Shown: positions 40,072 to 50,784 of the stretch, piece by piece | How positions within the stretch are numbered: position 1 is the stretch's first letter | Layout of the letters: every line of letters begins with the position of its first letter | NCBI GenBank assembly: GCA_046348685.1 | Contig: JAXMDT010000004.1 | Location: 128,473-192,472, forward strand | Origin: Rickettsiales bacterium | Lineage (GTDB): Bacteria; Pseudomonadota; Alphaproteobacteria; Rickettsiales; UBA998 | DNA length: 64,000 nt | Direction: 5' to 3' | Program-made: the position numbers and the translations under genes | The notes under the pieces: generated by a model | Databases searched by the model: none | What the model was told of the DNA's origin: nothing | The model's input: only the letters and a program-made list of their open reading frames with translations

Positions 40072-42753
40072 AGATTACCGTTGTTGTCACGCGCGTTGCC
40101 AAATACGAAGCGTGTATAGAAATAGCTGAGACCCATCAAGCAGATACCAAGTCCCAGGAAAGAAAATACACGATAAAGTCCGGTCAGTTCCGATGCATCG
40201 TAAAGGAATACCTTACCGACACTGAGCAAAATGACGATGAGAGAGGCAATACGAATCATGCGCTCATGCCTTAGCGTTCCTAGGAAAAGAAGCGCAACCC
40301 CAAGTAGCAGCCAAACGGCGGAATAAGTGTAGATTTCCGCGTTCGTGATCTCGCCGATGCCAAGATATTCACCATGATAGAACTGGCTCACTTCGCAGGT
40401 GACAAACATAAAAGCCAGTACCAGCAGAAAAATATTGGGGACTAGTGTTAATTTGTGTTTTTTAAGCAGCCTGAGTTCACGATTCAGTATTTGAATGAAA
40501 GCCACGGGCACTGCATACGTGATGACGAGACTGTTCAACAATTTCACGGTGCCGACTGATTGATCAGACCAAAACGGGTTTGGCAAAATCAGGTCAAAAT
40601 AAGCCGTTCTGAAGAGCGCTATCGCTGGGCACATGCCGCTCCAGCTGGCAGCGTGCGTGTGTAGCGACGTCCGGCGACAAGACGGCCAAGTCCAAAGATA
40701 AATAATATTGCGGTGATTACGCCACGTTCGGTGAAACCTGCGATAACGAAGACGATCTCCTCAGGGTGTATGGAAAGCATGGCGGGCAAGATAATATCAT
40801 GATGCCGAACAGGGCAGCGGCGGCATGAAATTCAAAAAAGCCTTGCGAGCCAGTCATCTTTTTCCGTCGCAGCAGGGCTTACTGCTGGCAGCAAAAAAAG
40901 GCGGGCAATCAGAAGTTGAAATAGAGGCCAAGTGACGATCGGTATCGCGGTTTGTGCATGCCGTAGCTTCGCTCAGACTGTAAAGTGCGACGCACGGCAA
41001 CAGTATTGTACGGCATCAAAATAATTGCGAAGAGTACGCCTACGCCCAGTGCCGGGCCAGCGTAGCGCATGAATATCGAAACGCAGGTTGATGACAGCGA
41101 TGGCGAGAATCTCCAGCGCCGGCGCCACCGACAGGAATTCGCGCGGTATTTCGATACCGATCAGGCAGACAAAGGCCGTTGTATGCCAGCGCATGAGCCA
41201 AAACGCTGTTGTCAGATTCATTTTTTGAAAGGTGCATAAAGACTAACTTGGTCATGACGAAAGAGGCTGCCGCCAACCCCATGGCGAGGAAGCCCCATAA
41301 ATGCACATCACGAGCGGGCTCACCCAAAAACGCAAGAATCCGGTCATGAACACTCAGTTTAATGTGGGCGACGCGATGGCAAAAATTGGCACCGACAACG
41401 CTGATGACTGCCCAATGTACCGGTCGCTCGCGCTACAACAGCCAGAAACGCTCAACACGAATAAAGCAGCAAAACCGCCAACGACTACTATAATATCGCC
41501 CTGGACGCGGTGGGTTCCGGGAAGCGATCATGATCAGGCTGACGGCTAGCGATAGCCAGGGCGCGAACCGGTATACCTTATAGTTAAACCATGAAGCGCA
41601 ATGCTACCCAGCGCAAGCAGGCCAAAATCCCCATTCAAGCTGGGTAAACCCACTATGATACGCCGCAAAGCCCGCATTGAGTACAGGCGCCACCAAAGTG
41701 ATGTAATTTAAGATGGCCGGCAGAGAGAAGCGGCGTGCCCTCGGTATCGCCTTCTTCCATCTCGCGGCGGGATTGGGCCACTACCGTAGCGCTGATACCG
41801 AGAAGGAAGAGTCCAATCCATAAGGAATCGCCCGATTGATAATCCGTCATCAACCATAGGACAACCCAGCCGAAAGCTCCGAGCACGGTAGGAATCGAAA
41901 GCCACCACCACCGCTCTTTGCGGATGATGACCATCAATGCACTGCTGACGGCATAGAGGTAAATGAAAAGAAGGGGCGTGTTGGGTTCGTTCGAGCCAAC
42001 CAGAGCGGGTGTGAGAAATCCGCCGAGCAGCCCGAGAAGGGCAATCGGCGCGCCATGACGCAGTGACAGCACTACGGGCAATCCTGTCACAAAGGCCATT
42101 CCTATGAAAGCAGTGACAGGGGAAATCAGGTGATAAAGGTTGGCAGCGGCAAACAGGCTGACATAAAGATCGGCGATACCGGCGCCGGACAACGCCTGCG
42201 CAATCCGCGTGCCATTAGAAAAGCTGGGACGACGGCGTACCCAGTTGCCAGTTGCTAACAGCAGAATACCAAACAGAGCACCAAGCATGACGCGGACGTT
42301 TTCGTCGAGCAAATCTTTTTCAATTGAGTATTTAATCATGTAAAAACCAGCGAAAGCGAGCGCAATCCCGCCGATCCAGACGGGGAGGCGTGCGCCGAAT
42401 TGTTGCTCAAAGCCGATTTTTTCCTTCTCTTTTTTCAGTGGCTTCTGTTTTGTCGTAACAACGATTTCCGGTGAGACAGCCGGTTGCTGTTTCGGTTTGT
42501 GCGCTTTGGCTAATGGAATTTCCTGAAAAGAAGATTCGGGTGTAGCAATAGGCGCTGCAGGGATGCCTGAACCTGATGTTAGCGGTTTGACTTCGATGCC
42601 TTGCTTTTCAAGTGCAACCAGTACGCCATTAAGATGGGCGCGCAAAACGCGGACATCTTCTTTCAGTTTAGAAATACGGCTCTGGTTTACCCATGGCAAA
42701 ACCAAAGGAGCTATCAGAATAATCGCAATACCCACGCCAATTAGCAGTTCCAT
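40068..42753 (-). pseudogene. DUF2339-family large polytopic membrane protein, centrally disrupted
   Basis: The N-terminal 366-aa ORF (41653-42753) has a TM helix, a coiled coil, a K/P-rich linker and many TM helices. The C-terminal 188-aa ORF (40068-40634) ends in the family-like LYRVFSFLGLGICLMGLSYFY. The two are in different frames. Positions 40634-41653 code TM-like peptides in several frames (ORFs 40973-41221 and 41040-41327). Confidence 0.7.
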
Positions 42754-42796
42754 AGTGCACTCTTTTTAGGGTTGCATTTTGGGTAGAATAGCATAT

Positions 42797-42837
42797 TATT
42801 AAACACTGTTCAATAATTAATTATACAGTGTTTAATA
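42797..42837. promoter_or_regulatory. candidate TetR operator: perfect 13-bp inverted repeat
   Basis: TATTAAACACTGT (42797-42809), a 15-nt AT-rich spacer, then ACAGTGTTTAATA (42825-42837). Lies in the 88-bp divergent region between DUF2339 (start 42753) and tetR (ATG 42842). Confidence 0.65.
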
Positions 42838-42841
42838 TATT

Positions 42842-43447
42842 ATGGCCCGACGGTCCGATCATAGCCGCGACGAACTTAAAGCGTTGATGATAAAAGCAGG
42901 TTTGGATCTTATCCGCAAGGATGGTCTTTCAGGATTCAGCGCTCGCAAGGTTGCTGGCAAGGTAGGCTACACGGTTGGTTCCGTATATCATGTATTCGGT
43001 TCCTACGACACGCTCATGCTGGAAATGAATGCGGTGACGCTGGATGCATTGAAAGGGGACGTCTTATCCGCGCTTGAGCGGACACATAGGAAGGAACCGC
43101 TGCAAGTGCTCGCAAATGGGTATTACGAATTCGCCCGGAAAAACTATGCACAGTGGACGGCATTGTTCGAATACCGGTTGCAGACCGAGAAAAAACTCCC
43201 CGAATGGTATCGTACCAAACTTCGGGAACTTTTCTGTCTCATAGAAGAGCAACTCCTGGCATACTGCATGGATTCCAAGCATGAAGCCCGCCGCCACGCC
43301 TATGTTTTATGGGCAGGGATTCATGGTATTTGCGTTCTAGGTCTTTCTGGCCGACTTTCTGTGGTTGGGGGGCAATCCACGCACGCTCTGATCCAAACAT
43401 TTCTCAAGCATTATGTTATGGGTATAAAAGCAGGAAATAAGCATTAA
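42842..43447 (+). CDS. TetR/AcrR family transcriptional regulator
   Basis: 201 aa. N-terminal TetR HTH (FSARKVAGKVGYTVGSVYHVFGSYDTLM) and a helical ligand domain. Confidence 0.88.
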   Translation: MARRSDHSRDELKALMIKAGLDLIRKDGLSGFSARKVAGKVGYTVGSVYHVFGSYDTLMLEMNAVTLDALKGDVLSALERTHRKEPLQVLANGYYEFARKNYAQWTALFEYRLQTEKKLPEWYRTKLRELFCLIEEQLLAYCMDSKHEARRHAYVLWAGIHGICVLGLSGRLSVVGGQSTHALIQTFLKHYVMGIKAGNKH

Positions 43448-43552
43448 TAACGCACTGAAATTGAATAAAAACCAATAATTAATTAAACGCCCGTTAACGA
43501 TACTGGGCATATACTGATATGGTATAAAAATCCGCCAGTATAACGGCATCTT

Positions 43553-44131
43553 ATGCCACGCCTGCGAAAACTCTTGAATACATTCCGTTTTTATCGCTCT
43601 GAAGAGGGGGTGACTGCGATTGAATTCGCTTTTATCGCGCCTGTCCTGTTATTGTTCATGTTCGGGACGATCGAATTCTCGCTCGTTATGTTTGTACAAA
43701 GCGTCATGGAAGGCGCGACCACGCTTTCCTCCCGTCTCGGAAAAACGGGATATACTGAAAGCGGCCAGAGCCGTGAAGATACAATCATTAATGCGCTCAA
43801 AGCACGTGCCGGAGTATTTTTTGATCCCAGTCTTATAACTATCACCAGCAAATTCTATGGCCAATTCGACCAGATCGGCGACTCCGAGCCATATACGGAT
43901 ACCAATCATAATGGCCGCTATGATACCGGTGAAACCTATTCCGATGTAAATGGCAACGGCCACTGGGATGCGGATATGGGGCAGCAGGGATACGGGGATG
44001 CAAACGATATTGTGGTTTATACCGTGACCTATCCGTGGCGTATCAATACGCCGCTTATATCGAAATTTATCAGTAATAACGGAAACGTGACGCTGCGCGC
44101 TGTCGCTGTTGTCAAGAATGAACCGTATTAG
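43553..44131 (+). CDS. TadE-like minor pseudopilin with Ca-loop-like insert
   Basis: 192 aa. TadE N-terminus EEGVTAIEFAFIAPVLLLFMFGTIEFS. Two DxNxNGxxD loops at residues 116-139. Confidence 0.8.
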   Translation: MPRLRKLLNTFRFYRSEEGVTAIEFAFIAPVLLLFMFGTIEFSLVMFVQSVMEGATTLSSRLGKTGYTESGQSREDTIINALKARAGVFFDPSLITITSKFYGQFDQIGDSEPYTDTNHNGRYDTGETYSDVNGNGHWDADMGQQGYGDANDIVVYTVTYPWRINTPLISKFISNNGNVTLRAVAVVKNEPY

Positions 44132-44702
44132 GAATATGCATCACGTAATACAACATATTAAGCATTTTATTGAGGCCCGAGATGGGATTGCCATGACGGA
44201 ATTTGCGCTTTGCGCTCCTGTATTACTTATTCTTCTGCTTGGCTCTATAGAAGGCTCACGTTTCCTGCTAGTTAATCAGAAGCAGGAAAAAATCGCTTTT
44301 ACAGTGGCGGACGTTGTCGCGCAGTCTACCGATCTTACCACGGCCGGTATGGATCAGTTGCTGGCTGCGACGCAGGATATGATGAACCCTTATACTTTTG
44401 GTGCCAATGGAATCGTCATGGTGACTTCTGTTACTAAAAATCCAGGACAGAACCCGATCGTCAATTGGCGCTATACAGGCGGCGGAACACTCGCCGGAAG
44501 CTCCAGCCTCATCGGAAATGTCGGTTCAACCGCAACATTGCCAACAGGCTTCACGCTGAATGATCGAGATAATATTATAATTGCGGAGGTATTTTACCGG
44601 TTTACGCCATTGTTTAATTCGAAGCTGTTCGGCAGCCGGACATTGTATAAATCGGCGATTTATAAGCCGCGCCTCGGCGAACTAACCAACGCACCGTCCT
44701 GA
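44109..44702 (+). CDS. TadE/TadF-like minor pseudopilin
   Basis: RDGIAMTEFALCAPVLLILLLGSIEGSRF is the TadE-type N-terminus. The start is uncertain: TTG 44109, ATG 44118 or ATG 44136. Confidence 0.75.
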   Translation: MSRMNRIRNMHHVIQHIKHFIEARDGIAMTEFALCAPVLLILLLGSIEGSRFLLVNQKQEKIAFTVADVVAQSTDLTTAGMDQLLAATQDMMNPYTFGANGIVMVTSVTKNPGQNPIVNWRYTGGGTLAGSSSLIGNVGSTATLPTGFTLNDRDNIIIAEVFYRFTPLFNSKLFGSRTLYKSAIYKPRLGELTNAPS

Positions 44703-44712
44703 TTCTCTCCTG

Positions 44713-46080
44713 ATGGAGTATAGTATGAAACGTACATGGATGCAATTTTTCCGCTCGGAAGAGGGTTCTGTCATACCTCTTGTAGGCTTTGCTTTTCTGG
44801 TGCTGGTGGGTTCCGTTGGCCTTGCCATCGATATCAGCCGCCGAGAACTGGCGCAGGCTAAACTTTCCAGTGCGCTGGATGCTGCCGGCCTGGCGGCAGG
44901 AAGTACGGTCAATACCACTAATTTGACGACCGAGGTAAACAAATATTTTTACGCGAACTATCCGGTAGGGTATCTTGGTACCTCTGTCACGTCCCTGACT
45001 GCGGTTGTCAGTGCTAATAATACAATTATCAATCTTACCGCAGATGGCACATTGCCGACAACGTTCGGCAAAGTATTCGGCGTGATGACAATGCCGTTAC
45101 ACGCGGAATCGGAAATTACGCGCAGCACGAAAGGCATGGAGCTGGTACTAGTCATGGATAACACCGGTTCTATGGGCGATAATAATAAGCTCGAAGATAT
45201 GAAAACCGCAGCCAAATCGCTGGTCGATATCCTTTATGGCAGTGATAATACGGTAGACGATCTGTGGGTGGGCGTGGTTCCGTTTTCACAGACGGTAAAT
45301 ATAGGCTCGTCCCATACAAGCTGGATGAATACATCGTATATGAACGGCCTTGCCTGGGGCCCGACAAGCTGGGGTGGCTGTGTAGATGCGCGCTATACAG
45401 GCAGGGATGTAAACGACGATCCTCCCGCATCTGAAAAATTCAAAGCGTATTATTGGCCGGATGACTCGAATAATGACTGGATACGCACAAACGGACAGTA
45501 TCGCACGGTCAGCAGCACGTTAGGGCCCAATAAAAATTGTCCTGAACCAGTGCTGCCGATGGTTGCAGAAAAATCAACGGTCAAAGCATCCATCGATGCT
45601 ATGGAAGCACGCGGCAATACCCATGTCGGCTATGGCGCAGTATGGGGCTGGCGCATGCTTTCCCCGCGCTGGCGTGGATTGTGGGGCGGCCAGATGAACA
45701 CAAACAGCCTGCCGCTCGACTATAACACGCCGCTGATGAATAAAGCAGTGGTCATTCTGACCGATGGGATGAACACGATGGATAATACCTCGCGCACCGC
45801 ATACTGGTACTTATCTAACGGGCGCCTTGGCAGCACAAATCAAAGCAATGCGGTTACTGCCCTTAATAACAAGCTTTCTTCGGTATGCACTTCAATGAAA
45901 AGCCATGGCATCATCATTTATACGGTGGCATTCGACAATCCCGGCTCCAGCATTGAAACCTTGCTACAGAATTGCGCGAGCGATCCCAGTTATTATTTCG
46001 ATTCACCAACCGGCTCGGACCTGCAGCAGGCATTCCGCGTCATTGGGGATTCACTCTCCAATCTTCGTATCAGTCACTAA
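44713..46080 (+). CDS. TadG-like pilus assembly protein with von Willebrand A domain
   Basis: 455 aa. TadG N-terminus EEGSVIPLVGFAFLVLVGSVGLAIDISR. vWA MIDAS-like motif LVLVMDNTGSM. Confidence 0.8.
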   Translation: MEYSMKRTWMQFFRSEEGSVIPLVGFAFLVLVGSVGLAIDISRRELAQAKLSSALDAAGLAAGSTVNTTNLTTEVNKYFYANYPVGYLGTSVTSLTAVVSANNTIINLTADGTLPTTFGKVFGVMTMPLHAESEITRSTKGMELVLVMDNTGSMGDNNKLEDMKTAAKSLVDILYGSDNTVDDLWVGVVPFSQTVNIGSSHTSWMNTSYMNGLAWGPTSWGGCVDARYTGRDVNDDPPASEKFKAYYWPDDSNNDWIRTNGQYRTVSSTLGPNKNCPEPVLPMVAEKSTVKASIDAMEARGNTHVGYGAVWGWRMLSPRWRGLWGGQMNTNSLPLDYNTPLMNKAVVILTDGMNTMDNTSRTAYWYLSNGRLGSTNQSNAVTALNNKLSSVCTSMKSHGIIIYTVAFDNPGSSIETLLQNCASDPSYYFDSPTGSDLQQAFRVIGDSLSNLRISH

Positions 46081-46156
46081 TCTAGGCTTGGAAGCTATTA
46101 CTTGACGCTGCTTTATGGGCGCGGTTATCCTTCTGCCAACACCTGTGAGGTAGGCC

Positions 46157-47386
46157 ATGAATCGTTTTTTGTTCCATACGGCATCCGTAATTGTCCTTCT
46201 TGCACTGAGCAGCTGCGCACAGGGTCCTGTTCCAGAAGCTCCAAAAACACCGATATCCGAAAAAGAAACCAATTTTTTGCGTCTGGGGCGTAATGTGGAA
46301 AAAGGTGGGGACGTCAATAGCGCCATCGATCTTTACAAGCAGGCGATAGAAGTTTCGAAAGGCGGAGTGGAGGGCCACCTGGCGCTGTCTCGCGTTTATC
46401 TCGAGCAGGGACATCGGACTCAAGCCAAAGATGTTCTGCTGCAGGCGAAAAAACTGCAGCCAAATAATCCCGAGGTAAATTTACGCCTGGGTAAAATTGC
46501 CATTAACCGTAATGAGCCAAAAGATGCTTTGGGTTATTTTGAAGCAGGGCTTAAAGATCTTTCCGGAAACGTCGACCTTTTGAACGGCAAAGGTATTGCT
46601 CTTGATATGCTGGGCCGTCATGAGGAAGCGCAAATCGAATACCGTCAGGCACTGAGTGACGGAAATGGAAATTTCCCTTTTGTGGAAAATAACCTTGCCA
46701 TGTCGTGTATTATGACCGGAAAATATAATGAAGCGATCGATGTATTGCAGGGCATCAAGAATGTGGAAGATTCTCCTGTTATGCGGCAAAACCTGGCGCT
46801 GGCATATGGGCTGAAAGGCGATATGGACAAGGCACGCGAATGGGGCGGCAAAGATTTGAATGAAAGGGAAATGAACGAAAACATTGCCTTTTACCAGTCT
46901 TATGTTGATGATTTACAAAGCCGTCACGATCAATCGGTGCCGGTGCCGACTATTCCTGCCCAAACCCTGGATGCGCCGAAAGCTGTACCTTCTGCCGCCG
47001 CTACTCCAGTCGCTGCAGGACAAGTTGAAGCCGTGAAGCCAGAAGAAAAGACAATTGTCACGCCCTTTACCGAAACAAAAATTGTTCCAGCGGAAGTGGT
47101 GACTTCGCTGCCCGCTACAAAGCAAGCTCCCGCTCAAACAGTAGAACCCTCTCGTATCGAGCCTATACAGGCACCACATGCAGCAAGCACGGACACGGTA
47201 GCAACAGACATAAAGCCCGTGGACGTTATTTCTCCCGATGCCAACGATCATTCAATACAATTAATATCACCGCCAGAAACACAGATTCCTGTTGCGGCAA
47301 CTCAGGCCGAGCCTGAGCCAAAAACAGCATTGCCACCGCACTGGCGTACTCTGCCTTGGATGACCGGTGACAATGAGAAGGATTGA
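46157..47386 (+). CDS. TPR-repeat lipoprotein, TadD-like, with long Pro/Ala/Thr-rich C-terminal extension
   Basis: 409 aa. Lipobox LALSSC, TPR repeats over residues ~40-250, then ~150 aa of low-complexity P/A/T/V-rich sequence. Confidence 0.7.
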   Translation: MNRFLFHTASVIVLLALSSCAQGPVPEAPKTPISEKETNFLRLGRNVEKGGDVNSAIDLYKQAIEVSKGGVEGHLALSRVYLEQGHRTQAKDVLLQAKKLQPNNPEVNLRLGKIAINRNEPKDALGYFEAGLKDLSGNVDLLNGKGIALDMLGRHEEAQIEYRQALSDGNGNFPFVENNLAMSCIMTGKYNEAIDVLQGIKNVEDSPVMRQNLALAYGLKGDMDKAREWGGKDLNEREMNENIAFYQSYVDDLQSRHDQSVPVPTIPAQTLDAPKAVPSAAATPVAAGQVEAVKPEEKTIVTPFTETKIVPAEVVTSLPATKQAPAQTVEPSRIEPIQAPHAASTDTVATDIKPVDVISPDANDHSIQLISPPETQIPVAATQAEPEPKTALPPHWRTLPWMTGDNEKD

Positions 47387-47391
47387 ACGTT

Positions 47392-48381
47392 TTAGAAAGC
47401 GTCCATAACGCCAATCATGGCAGGCGTCATCACGATCACGAACAGGGTTGGCAGAATAAAGATGATCATCGGTACAGTCATGATAGCAGGGAGCTTGGCG
47501 GCTTTCTGCTCCGCGCGCAGCATACGCTGCGTCCGGAATTCCCTCGAAAGCACACGTAGCGCCTGCGCGATTGGCGTGCCATATTTTTCGGTTTGCAGCA
47601 AAACATTCACCATGCTGCGTACTTCCTGCAAATCGACGCGTTCAGCAAAATGTTTAAGCGCCGTATTACGGTCTGGCAAAAAGCCGATTTCCACAGAGGT
47701 CAGGCTAAGTTCTTCTGCCATTTCAGGGTAAGCCTGGCCTAATTCACGGGCAACGCGGTCAAGAGCTGCCACAAGGCTCAGTCCTGCTTCCGCGCAAATG
47801 AGCATAAGATCCAGCGTATCAGCAAGTGACTTTCTGATCTTGTCGCTGCGTTTCAGTTTCATATTCGTAACCATAATATCGGGTAAACGGGCGCCGATAA
47901 AACCTGCACCGACAACAATCAACCATTTCCAGAAATCTGTCTCGGCGAATGGATTGCGCCAATTCATATCGGAAAGAATTGCTCCGATCGCAAGGCAGAT
48001 AAAAGGCAGGGTCAGTTTTGCAAATGCATAGACAATAATGGCATCTTTCGTACGATAACCTGCCTGAATCAGTTTCATGCTGACTGCATCCGCCTGGCTT
48101 TTTTTCAAGATTTGAAGTCTGGTTACAATGCTGCGCATCCAGTCCGTATTCTTCTGCGGTTTTTTGCGTTTACGCTGTGCCAGCAGCTCATTTTTCATTT
48201 CCTGGCGGCGTTCCTGAATCGCCTTCATACGTGGGCCAAGCCTGTCGCGAATGAAAAATGCTTTACCTATCGACCATATAGTCAAAAATGCAAGAACGGC
48301 GGTAATCGCCGTATAGAAATCGTTTTCCGTTAGCCCGAACGGAAGCAGCGCGGTAAAATTAAGTGGCTGGCCTGAGATCAT
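47392..48381 (-). CDS. tadC: Tad pilus inner-membrane platform protein TadC (T2SS-F family)
   Basis: 329 aa. T2SSF-type domain and TM topology. 4-nt overlap with tadB. Confidence 0.8.
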   Translation of the reverse strand: MISGQPLNFTALLPFGLTENDFYTAITAVLAFLTIWSIGKAFFIRDRLGPRMKAIQERRQEMKNELLAQRKRKKPQKNTDWMRSIVTRLQILKKSQADAVSMKLIQAGYRTKDAIIVYAFAKLTLPFICLAIGAILSDMNWRNPFAETDFWKWLIVVGAGFIGARLPDIMVTNMKLKRSDKIRKSLADTLDLMLICAEAGLSLVAALDRVARELGQAYPEMAEELSLTSVEIGFLPDRNTALKHFAERVDLQEVRSMVNVLLQTEKYGTPIAQALRVLSREFRTQRMLRAEQKAAKLPAIMTVPMIIFILPTLFVIVMTPAMIGVMDAF

Positions 48382-49367
48382 ATCTCGAACCTCGTCATTT
48401 TAGCCATGATCAGAACGCCGGTTCCTAGACTTGCCAACGAGCCGAGCGCAGCTATGTTGCCGCGATAATCGTCGTAAAGCGGCTGAAGATAATCCGGTGA
48501 AAAAATACTAAGAATCGCGAAGACGAAGAAGGGTAGGGAACCGACAATGGTCGCTGACGCCCGCGCCTCCATTGACATCGCCTTGATCTTCATCTTGAAC
48601 ATATGGCGCTGGCGCAGCACTTCAGAGAGATTGTTCAGAATCTCGCCGAGATTACCACCGGTTTCCCGCTGCAGAATAATACTTGTCACGAAGAAATTGA
48701 ATTCCGTTAGGTCCAGCCGGTCTGCCATGGAATATAGTGTCTTTTCTAAAGGCACGCCCAGACCCATCTGATCAACCATTTCGCGAAAGACGCCAGCTAC
48801 CGGATCGGCGATTTCGTCGGCTACCGTCTGCATTGATTTAGTTACCGGTAAACCGGCGCGCAGCCCGCGTACAACCAGATCGATTGCATCCGGAAATAAG
48901 CTAAGAAAGCGCTTTTTGCGTTTGCCAATACGGAGTCCGACATAAATGTGGGGAAATCCTAGTCCGATGATCAATCCTATTAGTGCGGCAAGGATAAAAG
49001 GCTTTCCTGAAGTGAAATAAATAATAATTGTGGAAAAAAACATTAAGGCGAGGGACACGATGACATAACGCTCAGGTGCCAGCGCCATTCCGGCCATATC
49101 GAGCCGGTTACGGAGTTTCTCGATAAAGCCTAGCGTTTCGGCAACGTTGCTGACATACGCTAAAGAAGGATCATTCGTTTGGCGGCGCAGAGAAGTTTTC
49201 TCGTTCTTCTGGCCTTTTTTTACTGGTGCGGCATGACGAACGCGGGCGATGCGAGCGGCAAGCTGTTCCTTACGCTGCGATTCCTTAACCAGCAGAAACA
49301 CGACAGCGAAAAATAGCGCCGCGCCGCCAAACAAAGCTATATCAACCATCATCGGCGTGCGTTGCAT
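48378..49367 (-). CDS. tadB: Tad pilus inner-membrane platform protein TadB (T2SS-F family)
   Basis: 329 aa, T2SSF-type domain, immediately downstream of cpaF. Confidence 0.8.
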   Translation of the reverse strand: MQRTPMMVDIALFGGAALFFAVVFLLVKESQRKEQLAARIARVRHAAPVKKGQKNEKTSLRRQTNDPSLAYVSNVAETLGFIEKLRNRLDMAGMALAPERYVIVSLALMFFSTIIIYFTSGKPFILAALIGLIIGLGFPHIYVGLRIGKRKKRFLSLFPDAIDLVVRGLRAGLPVTKSMQTVADEIADPVAGVFREMVDQMGLGVPLEKTLYSMADRLDLTEFNFFVTSIILQRETGGNLGEILNNLSEVLRQRHMFKMKIKAMSMEARASATIVGSLPFFVFAILSIFSPDYLQPLYDDYRGNIAALGSLASLGTGVLIMAKMTRFEI

Positions 49368-49369
49368 GT

Positions 49370-50782
<1,413 letters not shown>

Positions 50783-50784
50783 AT

